Source of the DNA: Ruminiclostridium sp.
GTDB taxonomy: Bacteria > Bacillota > Clostridia > Oscillospirales > Ruminococcaceae
Reading direction: 5' to 3'
Length of the DNA stretch: 64,000 nt
Assembly: GCA_017408635.1 (NCBI GenBank)
Contig: JAFQUH010000006.1
Coordinates: forward strand, 2,903 to 66,902
In this document: positions 11,527 to 21,301 of the stretch, piece by piece
How positions within the stretch are numbered: position 1 is the first letter of the stretch
How the letters are laid out: each line of letters opens with the position of its first letter
Made by a program: the position numbers and the translations under genes
The notes under the pieces: generated by a model
The model's input: the letters and a program-made list of their open reading frames with translations, nothing else
Told to the model about the DNA's origin: nothing
Databases searched by the model: none

Positions 11527-12123
11527 ATGGCAGTAGATAGACAGCCGGTCTTAAAGAGATGTAAGGCCTTAGGAATTTCCCCCATGGTACTGGGATACAG
11601 CAAGGAAACAAAGCGTCACGCAAACGCAAACAACAGAAAGAAGTCAAGTGAATACGGTCTTCAGTTAAAGGAAAAGCAGAAGCTCAAGTTCATCTACGGC
11701 GTTCTTGAAAAGCAGTTCTATCATTACTATGAAATGGCTGTAAAGATGGAAGGCGTTGCAGGCGAAAACTTAATCAAGATTCTTGAATCAAGACTTGACA
11801 ACGTTGTATTCAGAATGGGTATGGCTATAACAAGACGTGAATCCAGACAGCTTGTTACTCATGGTCACTTTACAGTAAATGGTCAGAAGGTAGACGTTCC
11901 TTCTTACAGAGTAAAGCCCGGTGACGTTATTGCAGTCAGCGAAACAAGCAAGAAGAGCCCCAAGTTTGCACAAATCGTTGAACAGACAAACGGAAGACTC
12001 GTTCCCCTGTGGCTGGACGTAAATAAAGAGGCAATGTCAGCTAAGATCACAAGAGAATTCCAGCGTGAAGAGCTCGACTTTGAAATTGCAGAACACTTAA
12101 TCATCGAGTTATATTCAAAATAA
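11527..12123 (+). CDS. rpsD: 30S ribosomal protein S4 (uS4)
   Basis: 198 aa. ...SEYGLQLKEKQKLKFIYGVLEKQF...LESRLDNVVFRMGMA... Confidence 0.96.
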   Translation: MAVDRQPVLKRCKALGISPMVLGYSKETKRHANANNRKKSSEYGLQLKEKQKLKFIYGVLEKQFYHYYEMAVKMEGVAGENLIKILESRLDNVVFRMGMAITRRESRQLVTHGHFTVNGQKVDVPSYRVKPGDVIAVSETSKKSPKFAQIVEQTNGRLVPLWLDVNKEAMSAKITREFQREELDFEIAEHLIIELYSK

Positions 12124-12348
12124 TAACCGATTTGCTTTGCAAACTCTTTTCATATCCGCTTTTTCGGATATGTTATCAGTTATTTTTAATTTACGGTTCC
12201 GCAGCGGTTTATACCGCTACGGAGGGCAAAGCCCGATAAATCGTAATTTAAAATTAACTGGGCGGTTTTACATCACGTAAAATCCTGCCCGGAACGAAAT
12301 CGGATTTTCCGATACGACAATTTACAAACTTGTGGGAGGGTAAACCAA

Positions 12349-13308
12349 ATGCTTGAAAAATTCGAAAAGCCTGTAATCGAGACCGCTAAGTTAAAGCCCG
12401 ATGGAACCTACGGTATGTTCACCTTAGAACCCCTGGAGAGTGGCTACGGACACACGTTAGGCAACAGCCTTCGTCGTGTACTTCTTTCCTCGCTTCCCGG
12501 TGTAGCCGTAACATCTGTAAAGATTGATGGTATCCAGCACGAATTTTCCACAATTCCCGGCGTTAAGGAAGACGTAACAGAAATTATCCTTAACATCAAG
12601 GGTCTCATTGCAAAAATGTATGGCGAATGCCCGAAAACAGTTTATATTGATGCTGAGGGAGAGTGCGAGGTAACTGCCGGCGATATCAAGGCTGACAGTG
12701 AAATCGAAATTCTCGATCCCGGTATGCACATTGCAACCTTAGGCCCCGGTGCCAAGCTCTATATGGAGATCACACTTGACAGAGGCAGGGGTTATGTGTC
12801 TGCTGAAAAGAACAAGCAGCAGCTTCAGCCGACAATCGGCGTTATTGCTGTTGACAGCATTTATACACCTGTTTTAAAGGTGAATTACACAGTTGAAAAC
12901 GCCCGTGTGGGACAGAAGATAGACTATGACAAGCTCGTTTTAGAGGTTTGGACAGACGGTACTATCTCCGCTAAGGAAGCTGTTTCATACGCAGCCAAGC
13001 TTCTCACCGAATATCTGACCTCCTTTGTTGAGCTGTCAGATGAAGCACTTCAGCCTGACCTTATGGCAGATAAGAATGAATCCGGTAAGAGCGATATTCT
13101 CGCTATGACTATTGACGATCTCGAGCTTTCAGTTCGTTCCTACAACTGTCTTAAGAGAGCCAATATCAATACTGTTGATGACCTTATCAGCAAGTCACAG
13201 GGTGAAATGATGAAGGTTAGAAACTTAGGTAAGAAGTCATTTGAAGAAGTAAGATCAAAGCTTCAGTCATTAGGCTTTGACCTCGCAAGTGACGATGATA
13301 ACAATTAA
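12349..13308 (+). CDS. rpoA: DNA-directed RNA polymerase subunit alpha
   Basis: 319 aa. ...[18 protein letters not shown]... and C-terminal domain ...[22 protein letters not shown]... Confidence 0.97.
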   Translation: MLEKFEKPVIETAKLKPDGTYGMFTLEPLESGYGHTLGNSLRRVLLSSLPGVAVTSVKIDGIQHEFSTIPGVKEDVTEIILNIKGLIAKMYGECPKTVYIDAEGECEVTAGDIKADSEIEILDPGMHIATLGPGAKLYMEITLDRGRGYVSAEKNKQQLQPTIGVIAVDSIYTPVLKVNYTVENARVGQKIDYDKLVLEVWTDGTISAKEAVSYAAKLLTEYLTSFVELSDEALQPDLMADKNESGKSDILAMTIDDLELSVRSYNCLKRANINTVDDLISKSQGEMMKVRNLGKKSFEEVRSKLQSLGFDLASDDDNN

Positions 13309-13345
13309 CAAGTGACTTTCAATTTGTCTGAAAGGAGAAATAAAC

Positions 13346-13687
13346 ATGGCAGGTTCAAGAAAACTGGGTAGAACCAGCGATCACAGAAAGGCTATGCTCA
13401 GAGGCATGGTAACATTACTGCTTGAAAAGGGCAAGATCATCACAACAGTTTCAAGAGCTAAGGAAGTTCGTAGCGCTGCTGAAAAGATGATTACTCTTGG
13501 CAAGGGCAATACACTGCACACAAAGCGTCAGGTGTATGCTTACATCACAAAGGAAGATGTAGCTAAGAAGCTTTTTGACGAAATCGCTCCTAAGTACGCT
13601 GATAAGAATGGTGGTTACACACGCATTATCAAGATCGGCCCCAGAAGAGGCGACGCAGCAGAAATGGCTGTAATCGAATTAGTTTAA
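13346..13687 (+). CDS. rplQ: 50S ribosomal protein L17 (bL17)
   Basis: [22 protein letters not shown]..., 113 aa. Confidence 0.97.
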   Translation: MAGSRKLGRTSDHRKAMLRGMVTLLLEKGKIITTVSRAKEVRSAAEKMITLGKGNTLHTKRQVYAYITKEDVAKKLFDEIAPKYADKNGGYTRIIKIGPRRGDAAEMAVIELV

Positions 13688-13711
13688 TCGCTGATTTAAC
13701 TTAACAAAACG

Positions 13712-13744
13712 AATCCCCGTTGCAAAAGCAACGGGGATTTTTTC
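13712..13744. terminator. bidirectional intrinsic terminator between rplQ and the convergent MBL gene
   Basis: AATCCCCGTTGC-aaaa-GCAACGGGGATT (12-bp stem) followed by TTTTT. The complementary strand also has a T-rich tail (cgttttgtt). Confidence 0.85.
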
Positions 13745-13759
13745 TATTTTATAACGACT

Positions 13760-15196
13760 TTAAGTGTTTACCGAATAATCCTTCTTGAAGCCGTGAGCAC
13801 CGAATATCTGCCAGTCACCGACGCCGAGTCGCTGGATGATAGCCTTTCTTTCTTCGGCGCAGAGCATCGCATCCGTGTCTACGGAGGTCATAAGAATAGG
13901 CGCATACTGATTATATTTTGCCTGCTCGGGCGTAAGTCCGTGGGTGTTTATGTAGATATCACCGGTAAAGGCGATATGATGCTGATAGTCGATAATAACT
14001 ATTTCACCGGGGAGATGTCCGCCCTTGCCCTCATAAACCTCGAAATGAAGCTCTTCAAAATCAAAGAAACCGATCTGTGTAAGCGGCTCACGGGGTTTAT
14101 CCACGTCATTCCATAATACCTTTATCTTAGCGGGATTTATCGGCTTGTAGGAGGTCAGTAGCTTACAGATGCTGATATAGGGCTTGTGCAGAGGATTTCT
14201 TTCACGGTATCCGTCAAGTCCTAAAAATTCGTCACCGAGGCAAAGGGAGGTCTTGGTGCTGGCTATTATCTCGTCAAAGATGTGTAACAGTCCGCAATGA
14301 TCCACGTCGGCGTGGGTTACAAGAACAGTCTTTTTTATACTGTCAAAATCGGGTATCAGCTTTCTGAATATCTTCAGCATTTCGTCACCATAGCAGGCGT
14401 ACCCGCTATCTATGAACAGGTATTTTCCGTTGCTTTTTATTATAGCCGTATTGCTTCCGCAGGGAGGCTCTATCAGTATTATCTCGGTGTTGTCGGTTAT
14501 TTTATGATTGCTTATTCTCGGAGTGTAGGCTTCTCCCTTGGACTGTCCCAGAAGCTCCGCAAACTTGCTGATACTGTCAAAGGTCCTGTAGGGTGATAAG
14601 CCCTGCTCGTCAAGAGTCTGCATAGCCAGATTGACGTGAACTAAAAGCTCCTTGCCGACCTCTTCTGAAAGTCCGCTCATCTGTGTAAGCCCCATAACGT
14701 AATTGTTGTAGAAAATACTGTTATCGTAAATCTTTTCAGAGCTGTTGTAGTTTATGATACGCACCTGACAGAGTTTTTCCGCTTCCTTTAAAAATTCGGA
14801 AATCTTGTCGGAATCCTCCACGTAAAGTCCCATTTTGAAAAGCTGATAGTCGGTGCCATTCTCCTGGGAGCTGATATAGGATATATTGAAATTGAAGTCG
14901 TTTATAAGCGTCAGTATATCGGTAACGCTACCGGGTACGTCACGGAGTCTGAATTCCAGAAGAACAATGCTGGTCTTATTTGCATTGCTCTGCAGATATC
15001 CGATTTTCTGAAGCTCGGTGTCCGCCTTTTCCAGCTGCTCCTCCGTACCCTCCGCATCTATAAACAGAGTGTGTGAATCCACCGCCTTGTTATAGCTTAC
15101 ACGGGTTATATTTATTCCCAGAGCAGAAAAGCATCTGCTGGCTTTTAAAAACGCCCCGATATGATTGGGCATACTTGTAACGTAAGTTTTTTTCAT
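13760..15196 (-). CDS. ACT-domain / MBL-fold metallo-hydrolase fusion protein
   Basis: 478 aa. The N-terminal half has two ACT-like units (IGAFLKASRCFSALGINITRVSYN...; ...VPGSVTDILTLINDFNFNISYISS). The C-terminal half is MBL-like, with VLVTHADVDHCG in place of the usual HxHxDH. Confidence 0.7.
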   Translation of the reverse strand: MKKTYVTSMPNHIGAFLKASRCFSALGINITRVSYNKAVDSHTLFIDAEGTEEQLEKADTELQKIGYLQSNANKTSIVLLEFRLRDVPGSVTDILTLINDFNFNISYISSQENGTDYQLFKMGLYVEDSDKISEFLKEAEKLCQVRIINYNSSEKIYDNSIFYNNYVMGLTQMSGLSEEVGKELLVHVNLAMQTLDEQGLSPYRTFDSISKFAELLGQSKGEAYTPRISNHKITDNTEIILIEPPCGSNTAIIKSNGKYLFIDSGYACYGDEMLKIFRKLIPDFDSIKKTVLVTHADVDHCGLLHIFDEIIASTKTSLCLGDEFLGLDGYRERNPLHKPYISICKLLTSYKPINPAKIKVLWNDVDKPREPLTQIGFFDFEELHFEVYEGKGGHLPGEIVIIDYQHHIAFTGDIYINTHGLTPEQAKYNQYAPILMTSVDTDAMLCAEERKAIIQRLGVGDWQIFGAHGFKKDYSVNT

Positions 15197-15212
15197 CTTA
15201 TTGCCTCATATA

Positions 15213-16001
15213 TTATATATTATTTGTTGCTGTTTTTGTAATGATAACCGCTATTCCGAGCAGGAGCAGTATAACTCCCGTAGCTCTGTTAAGAGTTTTT
15301 GTACTGACTTTATTTGCTATGACTGCACCGATACGAGCAAAGACGAGTGTAAAGCCTATGCACAAGGCAAGTACAGTAAAATCAGGCATATCGCCATCTA
15401 TGATGAAATGACTTGCCGCACCTGTAAGGGCGGTAAAGGTCATAATGAATACACTGGTGCCAACGGCAGTTTTAAGCTCATAGCCAAGTATCATCGTCAG
15501 AACCATAAGCATCATCATTCCGCCGCCTGCTCCCACAAAGCCACAGATAAATCCTATGGCAGCACCCGAAATAAGTGACTGAATGATTCTCTTTTTCGGG
15601 GATGTTTCGTTCATTTTATCCTTTGTGGTATTGACCGGCTTTACTATGAATTTAATGCCCATAAGCGTTGTCATAAATACCGAGGTCCCGCCCATAGCCT
15701 CGTTTGGTACAAAGCTCGCAATAAAGCTGCCTGCAAGGGTAAACAGTAATACCATTACCATCATAACAAGGCCGTTCCTGATATCGATATTTTTATTTTT
15801 GTGGTAGGTGTATGCGCTGACGCCACTGGCAAGCACATCGCTGGCAAGCGCTATGCCGATGGCACTGTAGGCAGGCATACCCAGAAATGTGGTGAGAAGG
15901 GGAGTAATTACAACCGCTGCACTCATTCCTGCAAAGCCGGTTCCGAGTCCTGCACCGCAGCCCGCAAGCAGACATACGATAATTGTGATAAATAGTTCCA
16001 T
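15213..16001 (-). CDS. TauE/SafE-family (sulfite exporter-like) membrane protein
   Basis: 262 aa, about 8 hydrophobic segments, Gly-rich repeats typical of TauE/SafE (…GAGLGTGFAGMSAAVV…, …GFVGAGGGMMM…). Lies 16 nt upstream of the MBL gene on the same strand. Confidence 0.75.
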   Translation of the reverse strand: MELFITIIVCLLAGCGAGLGTGFAGMSAAVVITPLLTTFLGMPAYSAIGIALASDVLASGVSAYTYHKNKNIDIRNGLVMMVMVLLFTLAGSFIASFVPNEAMGGTSVFMTTLMGIKFIVKPVNTTKDKMNETSPKKRIIQSLISGAAIGFICGFVGAGGGMMMLMVLTMILGYELKTAVGTSVFIMTFTALTGAASHFIIDGDMPDFTVLALCIGFTLVFARIGAVIANKVSTKTLNRATGVILLLLGIAVIITKTATNNI

Positions 16002-16016
16002 ATTGCTCCTGTAACA

Positions 16017-16044
16017 CAGCCGTAATGCTTTGGCATTACGGCTG
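16017..16044 (-). other. intercistronic 12-bp stem-loop between the GGDEF/EAL gene and the TauE gene (no T-run)
   Basis: CAGCCGTAATGC-tttg-GCATTACGGCTG. It lies about 15 nt upstream of the TauE start on the minus strand. Confidence 0.6.
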
Positions 16045-16052
16045 TAGATAGT

Positions 16053-19000
16053 TTATTTCCTGTTTTCCGGCTTTGTCAGATAGCCTTCTGCCTCCTGAAC
16101 CGGCATCGGCTTTGCGTAATAATAGCCCTGGGCTATATCACAGCCGCAATCCTGAAGGAATTTTGCTTGCTCAAGAGTTTCGACGCCCTCTGCGATAAGA
16201 CCGAGTCCTACGTCCTTTGACATTGAAATGGTATGAGAAATAATCTTCTTACCCTTTTCGTCATTCAGGAAGCTGGAGAGAAAGGCTCTGTCAATCTTAA
16301 GCACGTCGAATTTTGTGCTTTTCAGAGTATTGAGCGATGAATAGCCAGAGCCGAAATCGTCCATAAGCAGAGTATAGCCGTGCTTTTTGGCAAGCTCTGT
16401 CATACGAGTGAGATGCTCGCCCTCAACGCTTTCGGTTATTTCAAGCTCAAGATATTTCTTATCGATACCGTACTTTTCGACAAGCTCATCAAGAACGGTA
16501 AGGAAATTATCGTTAATAAGATGTACACGGGAAACGTTGACGGAAACAGGAAGCATATTGAAGCCTCTTTCCTTCCAGTCGCCCAGTACGTTGCAGGCGC
16601 ATTCCCACACGTAATAGTCCAGCTTTGATATAAAGCCGTTTTCTTCAAATATCGGAATGAATCTGAAGGGCGGGATAAGTCCCAACTCGGGATGATTCCA
16701 TCTTACCAGCGCCTCAAAGCCGACTATATTCTCGGTTGAAATACTGAATTTCGGCTGGAGATAGATAAGGAACTGCTCGCTTTCAAGAGCTGTTTTCATA
16801 TTATTTTCGACAAATCTCTTGTTTTCGAGGGATTCCTGCATCTTATCATCGTAGAAGGCGACATTCTCGATGGCGTTATTTTTTATAGAGGCTCTTGCCA
16901 CTGCGGCTCTGTCCTCCATAATTCTGACAGGCTCGGTAATATCCTCAATAAGATATACGCCAAAGGCGAACTCGTACTTGATACCTCTGAAGCTCTTCAT
17001 TCTTTCCTGAAGAGTAGCGGTTATCTCGTATATATCCTCTACGGTTTCATAGGGGGTGAGCAGAGTAAAGATATCTCCGGTTACTCTTGCACTTATCTGA
17101 TAGGGATTGCAATAGGTGCGAAGCTGTCTTGTAAGGCTGTGTAAAAGCTCTGTACCCACGTCCTCGCCGTAGTTTTCGTTTATCAGCTTGAAGCGTTTGA
17201 TATCAAACTGTATAAAGGCGTATTTCTTGTCCTTGTTGGTGCTTATCTTATAGGAGAAGGCTTCATTTACCATCAGCGGATTTTCGGTGGTGGTATAATA
17301 ATTGCGAAGCTCCATCAGCATGATATCCTCTGCGGTAGCCAGAGTCAGCATACCTGCCAGCTCCTTCAGCTTTCCGTCTTCGTCGGGTATCATCACTATA
17401 AGAAGATTGTACCACAGGGGAGTGCCTGTATCGGTAAGTCGGAAGGATATCTGCAGAGTAGATTCGGTGAGCTTTTCGTTATACGCCCTTCTTATCTTGA
17501 AGGCAAGCTCGTCGAAGGTGCCTCTGTCATCCTCGTGGATACAGCCGCTGAGCCACATTGCACGAAGCGGACCTACCGTTTCGGAGCGAAGACAGGGAGG
17601 CGTATCCTTGTTCTCCATAATGTACCATTCCGAATTAAGATAGCTTAAATAGAAGTAGGTAGCGTTATTTCTTGCGGAGAATATTTCGTGTATCTTGGAT
17701 TCCATCGGATTTTCCGCAATGTTTTTAGAAGGCTCGTTTCCTTTTTCGTAAATTATTTGCTTACTGCGCTTCTGCTCGTACATAAGTCGGTCGGTGGCGG
17801 TGATAAGCTCGTTGATATTGAGCTTTTCATCGTTCGCTACCGTCTTGTAGCCTACGCTTATAGCCACCTCGTAGCCTGAAGCCTTGTTATTGTTGTTGTA
17901 GATGTCAAGATGGGTAAGCAATGCGCCTACTATTCTTGCAGGCTCTCTCTTTTCATCAGAGCAGGGGAGAGTCAGAATAAACTCATCTCCGCCGAATCTT
18001 GCACATACGCCGCTATTTCCTGCAACCTCTCTTATAGCCTCGGCAACCTCGACTATCGCCTTGTCACCTTCAGAGTGACCGAAGGTGTCGTTTATATACT
18101 TCAGCTTGTCCATATCGATAGACAGCATCAGAATATAGGGAGCGGTGAATCTTTCCTTTCGTTCATGCTCCATTGCGGTGAAATAGCCTTTTCTGTTATA
18201 AAGCTCTGTAAGAGGATCTATGCAGTAGGTCATAGCCAGATGGTCGTATGCCTCTTTAAGTCTGCAGGTGTTTTTATAATTTTCAAGTATCTGATTTGTG
18301 AAGGTTGTAAGTCTTTTCGCATCCCTGAAGGAATATTCGTCATAATCTATTACCGTATAGTAGTAGCCTATAACTGTTTCCTGGAAGGTGAGGGGTGAAA
18401 AGAGAATTCTGTCAAAGCGCTTTATCGCCTTTCCGAATTCGGGAATCAGCTTTTCGGTGGGGAAGATGACGTCGAACACGTTTGTATCGAGATTTTTCTG
18501 ACATATAGCCTTCATCTCTTTGTGGAAATACTTATTGTAGGAATCCTGTTCCTTTCGCTCAATATGGGAAACGTAGTCGGAATTGATACATATACCCGAA
18601 TAATCATCTATGTACTTTACCATTTCCCTTATCATTTCGTCATAGGTGCGCTTTTCAACGGAATTGGCGTAATAAGCCGCCATCTTGGTTTCGTTGAAAA
18701 GCTGCATGGTATTGAAGCGGTCCATCTTCGCAAGACGGCCTGTCATAAATCCTTCGTCGGCAGTACCACAGCCACAGCTCTGGGAGAACAGCTCTTCAAA
18801 TTTTACCTTTATTTCCTTTTCAACCTCTTCGCCTGCAAGACATCTGTCGCTGATATCGGCAATAATTTCTGCCAGGTGTCTTATATCAAGAGTGGCGGAG
18901 GATATCTCGGTAAGAGTATGTACCGCCGCCTGATAGGTAGCGTCAAAGCCGGTAACTATAACGTCCTCAGGTACCTTGTAGCCATGCTCGGTCAATGCCT

Positions 19001-19649
19001 TGGAAACAGTTATAGCCATAGAGTCGTTTATGCAGATAAACGCCTGGGGCATAGAGTAGCCGCCCTCAAAGAAGCGGTTCATTGCCTCAACCGTGGGATT
19101 GTTCCAGAAATCGCCGTAGTCAAATCTGCCTTCTTCTACGAAGGGTATATTATGCTCTGCAAGTACCTTTTTGTATACCGCTATTCTGTCATCGGAGAAC
19201 TTATTATCCTTCATCCCCGCCATAAGGAAAATATCCCTGCAGCCGTGATGCTCTATGACGTGACGGCACATTTTTTCAAAGCCCTGCTCATAATCGTACA
19301 AAAGATTTATCGCACCCTCATAGGCACCGTCAACGGTAATTACGGGTGTGCCGTGGGCAAGGGCATTATTTATGATATCTCCACTCATGCACGGATTCTT
19401 TAAGGTTTCCGGAAGGATTATCAGGATATCAATAAGCTCGTGATTTATAAGACTGTATATGCTGGCTTCACCCTCGATTGAAGGGGTAACAGTGTAAAAG
19501 TCAGTAAAGGCGCTGAATACAAGCACCTTGTAGCCTTTTGCAACAAGAGCGTCTGATATCACTCTTACAGAGTGGGCAAGGGATTCCTCGTGTATACGGG
19601 AAACGCAGATAGCTGCGATTTTGTATTTATGGAATCTGCCGATATACAT
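16053..19649 (-). CDS. cytoplasmic multidomain c-di-GMP protein: LacI/RbsB-type periplasmic-binding-fold domain + GGDEF + PAS-like + degenerate GGDEF + EAL
   Basis: 1198 aa with no hydrophobic segment. The N-terminal ~290 aa resemble sugar-binding PBP type I. It has an active-looking RFGGDEFIL and a second GGDEF-like domain with TGDIF. The EAL domain has EALVRWNHPELGLIPP...DDFGSGYSSL... Confidence 0.85.
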   Translation of the reverse strand: MYIGRFHKYKIAAICVSRIHEESLAHSVRVISDALVAKGYKVLVFSAFTDFYTVTPSIEGEASIYSLINHELIDILIILPETLKNPCMSGDIINNALAHGTPVITVDGAYEGAINLLYDYEQGFEKMCRHVIEHHGCRDIFLMAGMKDNKFSDDRIAVYKKVLAEHNIPFVEEGRFDYGDFWNNPTVEAMNRFFEGGYSMPQAFICINDSMAITVSKALTEHGYKVPEDVIVTGFDATYQAAVHTLTEISSATLDIRHLAEIIADISDRCLAGEEVEKEIKVKFEELFSQSCGCGTADEGFMTGRLAKMDRFNTMQLFNETKMAAYYANSVEKRTYDEMIREMVKYIDDYSGICINSDYVSHIERKEQDSYNKYFHKEMKAICQKNLDTNVFDVIFPTEKLIPEFGKAIKRFDRILFSPLTFQETVIGYYYTVIDYDEYSFRDAKRLTTFTNQILENYKNTCRLKEAYDHLAMTYCIDPLTELYNRKGYFTAMEHERKERFTAPYILMLSIDMDKLKYINDTFGHSEGDKAIVEVAEAIREVAGNSGVCARFGGDEFILTLPCSDEKREPARIVGALLTHLDIYNNNNKASGYEVAISVGYKTVANDEKLNINELITATDRLMYEQKRSKQIIYEKGNEPSKNIAENPMESKIHEIFSARNNATYFYLSYLNSEWYIMENKDTPPCLRSETVGPLRAMWLSGCIHEDDRGTFDELAFKIRRAYNEKLTESTLQISFRLTDTGTPLWYNLLIVMIPDEDGKLKELAGMLTLATAEDIMLMELRNYYTTTENPLMVNEAFSYKISTNKDKKYAFIQFDIKRFKLINENYGEDVGTELLHSLTRQLRTYCNPYQISARVTGDIFTLLTPYETVEDIYEITATLQERMKSFRGIKYEFAFGVYLIEDITEPVRIMEDRAAVARASIKNNAIENVAFYDDKMQESLENKRFVENNMKTALESEQFLIYLQPKFSISTENIVGFEALVRWNHPELGLIPPFRFIPIFEENGFISKLDYYVWECACNVLGDWKERGFNMLPVSVNVSRVHLINDNFLTVLDELVEKYGIDKKYLELEITESVEGEHLTRMTELAKKHGYTLLMDDFGSGYSSLNTLKSTKFDVLKIDRAFLSSFLNDEKGKKIISHTISMSKDVGLGLIAEGVETLEQAKFLQDCGCDIAQGYYYAKPMPVQEAEGYLTKPENRK

Positions 19650-19704
19650 ACTCTCATCTCCTGTTCCTGATTTATAAATACTTAATATATTTATAGCACC
19701 CTTT

Positions 19705-19733
19705 ATTTTAGCACATTTTCAGCCAAAAGTCAA
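19705..19733 (-). promoter_or_regulatory. sigma-A type promoter for the GGDEF/EAL gene
   Basis: On the minus strand: TTGACT-17 nt-TAAAAT with a TGc extended -10, about 55 nt upstream of the ATG. Confidence 0.55.
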
Positions 19734-19857
19734 TTAATTATGGAAATAATGCACAAAAAATAGCATAAAATTATCCACAAAATTATTCAGCATTTTTAAC
19801 AAAAATGAAAGAATATGAAAAATCGGTGATAGATTCTGTAAATTTTTTACTCAAAAC

Positions 19858-19886
19858 TTGCAATAGTGAGAAAAAAATGATATAAT
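19858..19886 (+). promoter_or_regulatory. sigma-A type promoter for citrate synthase
   Basis: TTGCAA-17 nt-TATAAT with a TGa extended -10. Confidence 0.6.
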
Positions 19887-19937
19887 AGTTTTATGTACTT
19901 TAGCACACTAAAAGCATATTCAGAAAGGAAGTTGAGA

Positions 19938-21299
19938 ATGAGAGAATCCTATTCCGAAGTAACACCATACGTAGAGGAGCTTGCGGGCAAATCTAATATG
20001 AATAACCATATAGAAGCGGATATGTACCCCGCCTACAAGGTAAAGAGGGGACTTCGTGACAAGAACGGCAACGGCGTTGTAACAGGTCTTACCGAAATAT
20101 CCAGAATCAAGGCAAAGGAAACAGACGAAAACGGCAACGATATACCCTGTCACGGCGAGCTTTATTACAGAGGCATCAACGTAAAATCTCTTGTTGACGG
20201 CTTCAGGAGGGATAACCGTTTCGGTTTTGAAGAGGCGGCTTATCTTCTGCTTTTCTCCGAGCTTCCCGACAAGGAGGAGCTTGCCCGCTTCTGTCAGGAG
20301 CTGGCGGAGATCCGCACCCTTCCCACCTCCTTTGTAAGAGATATGATACTTAAAGCGCCCGGCAAGGATATGATGAATATTCTTTCCCGTTGCGTGCTTG
20401 CCCTTTATTCCTATGACGATAACCCCGATGATATCTCCATCCCGAATATACTAAGACAGAGTTTAAGACTGATATCCATATTCCCGATGCTTGCGGTATA
20501 CAGCTATCAGTCCTTCAGACATTATTATCAGAATGACAGTCTGTTTATCCATCTGCCGAAGGCGGAATACGGTGCGGCACAGAACCTTCTGCACCTGCTC
20601 CGTGAGGACGGACAGTTCACCGACCTTGAAGCGAAGGTGCTGGATCTGGCAATGGTGCTCCATGCAGAGCATGGCGGCGGTAACAACTCCACCTTTACAA
20701 CCCACGTTGTGACTTCATCCGGTACCGATACCTATTCATCCGTTGCGGCGGCTTTAGGTTCTCTTAAAGGTCCCCGTCACGGCGGCGCAAATATCAAGGT
20801 CGTAAAGATGTTTGACGATATGAAGCAGAGCATCAACGTAAAGGACGAGGGACAGATAACCGATTATCTTGTAAAACTGCTTAATAAAGAAGCCTTTGAC
20901 AAGGCAGGTCTTATCTATGGTATGGGACACGCCGTATATTCTCTGTCTGATCCGAGAGCCGACGTGCTGAAGGATTGCGCTGAAAAGCTATCCAGAGAAA
21001 AGGGCTGTGACGAAGAATTCGAGCTTTACAATACGGTAGCAAGACTTGCTCCCCAGATAATTGCCGAAAAGCGCCAGATGTTCAAGGGCGTGAGCCCCAA
21101 CGTGGATTTCTATTCAGGTCTTATCTACAGAATGCTGGAGCTTCCCGGTGAGCTTTATACACCTATCTTTGCAGTATCAAGAATCGCAGGCTGGTCTGCT
21201 CACCGCATCGAAGAGATACAGAATCAGGGCAAGATAATCCGCCCCGCCTATATCAGCGTAAAGGAAGAAAGACCTTACGTGGATTTAAAGGACAGATGA
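19938..21299 (+). CDS. gltA: citrate synthase family protein
   Basis: I moved the start to ATG 19938 (MRESYSEV, AGGAAG SD). The track start 19893 would lie at the predicted TSS. Motifs are ...HAEHGGGNNSTF..., GMGHAVY and NVDFYSG. Confidence 0.88.
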   Translation: MRESYSEVTPYVEELAGKSNMNNHIEADMYPAYKVKRGLRDKNGNGVVTGLTEISRIKAKETDENGNDIPCHGELYYRGINVKSLVDGFRRDNRFGFEEAAYLLLFSELPDKEELARFCQELAEIRTLPTSFVRDMILKAPGKDMMNILSRCVLALYSYDDNPDDISIPNILRQSLRLISIFPMLAVYSYQSFRHYYQNDSLFIHLPKAEYGAAQNLLHLLREDGQFTDLEAKVLDLAMVLHAEHGGGNNSTFTTHVVTSSGTDTYSSVAAALGSLKGPRHGGANIKVVKMFDDMKQSINVKDEGQITDYLVKLLNKEAFDKAGLIYGMGHAVYSLSDPRADVLKDCAEKLSREKGCDEEFELYNTVARLAPQIIAEKRQMFKGVSPNVDFYSGLIYRMLELPGELYTPIFAVSRIAGWSAHRIEEIQNQGKIIRPAYISVKEERPYVDLKDR

Positions 21300-21301
21300 T
21301 T

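Noticed and set aside
949-13308. Many 60-190-aa antisense or off-frame ORFs across the ribosomal cluster (e.g. 4838..5407-, 5730..6197-, 3033..3362-, 10927..11280+)
   Set aside because: All overlap highly conserved r-protein genes. They have no start context and no recognisable family.
18522-19403. Long antisense ORFs within the GGDEF/EAL gene (18522..19403, 17910..18398, 17302..17643)
   Set aside because: The sense frame encodes recognisable PBP/GGDEF/EAL domains across the whole region. The antisense products are low-complexity and have no SD.
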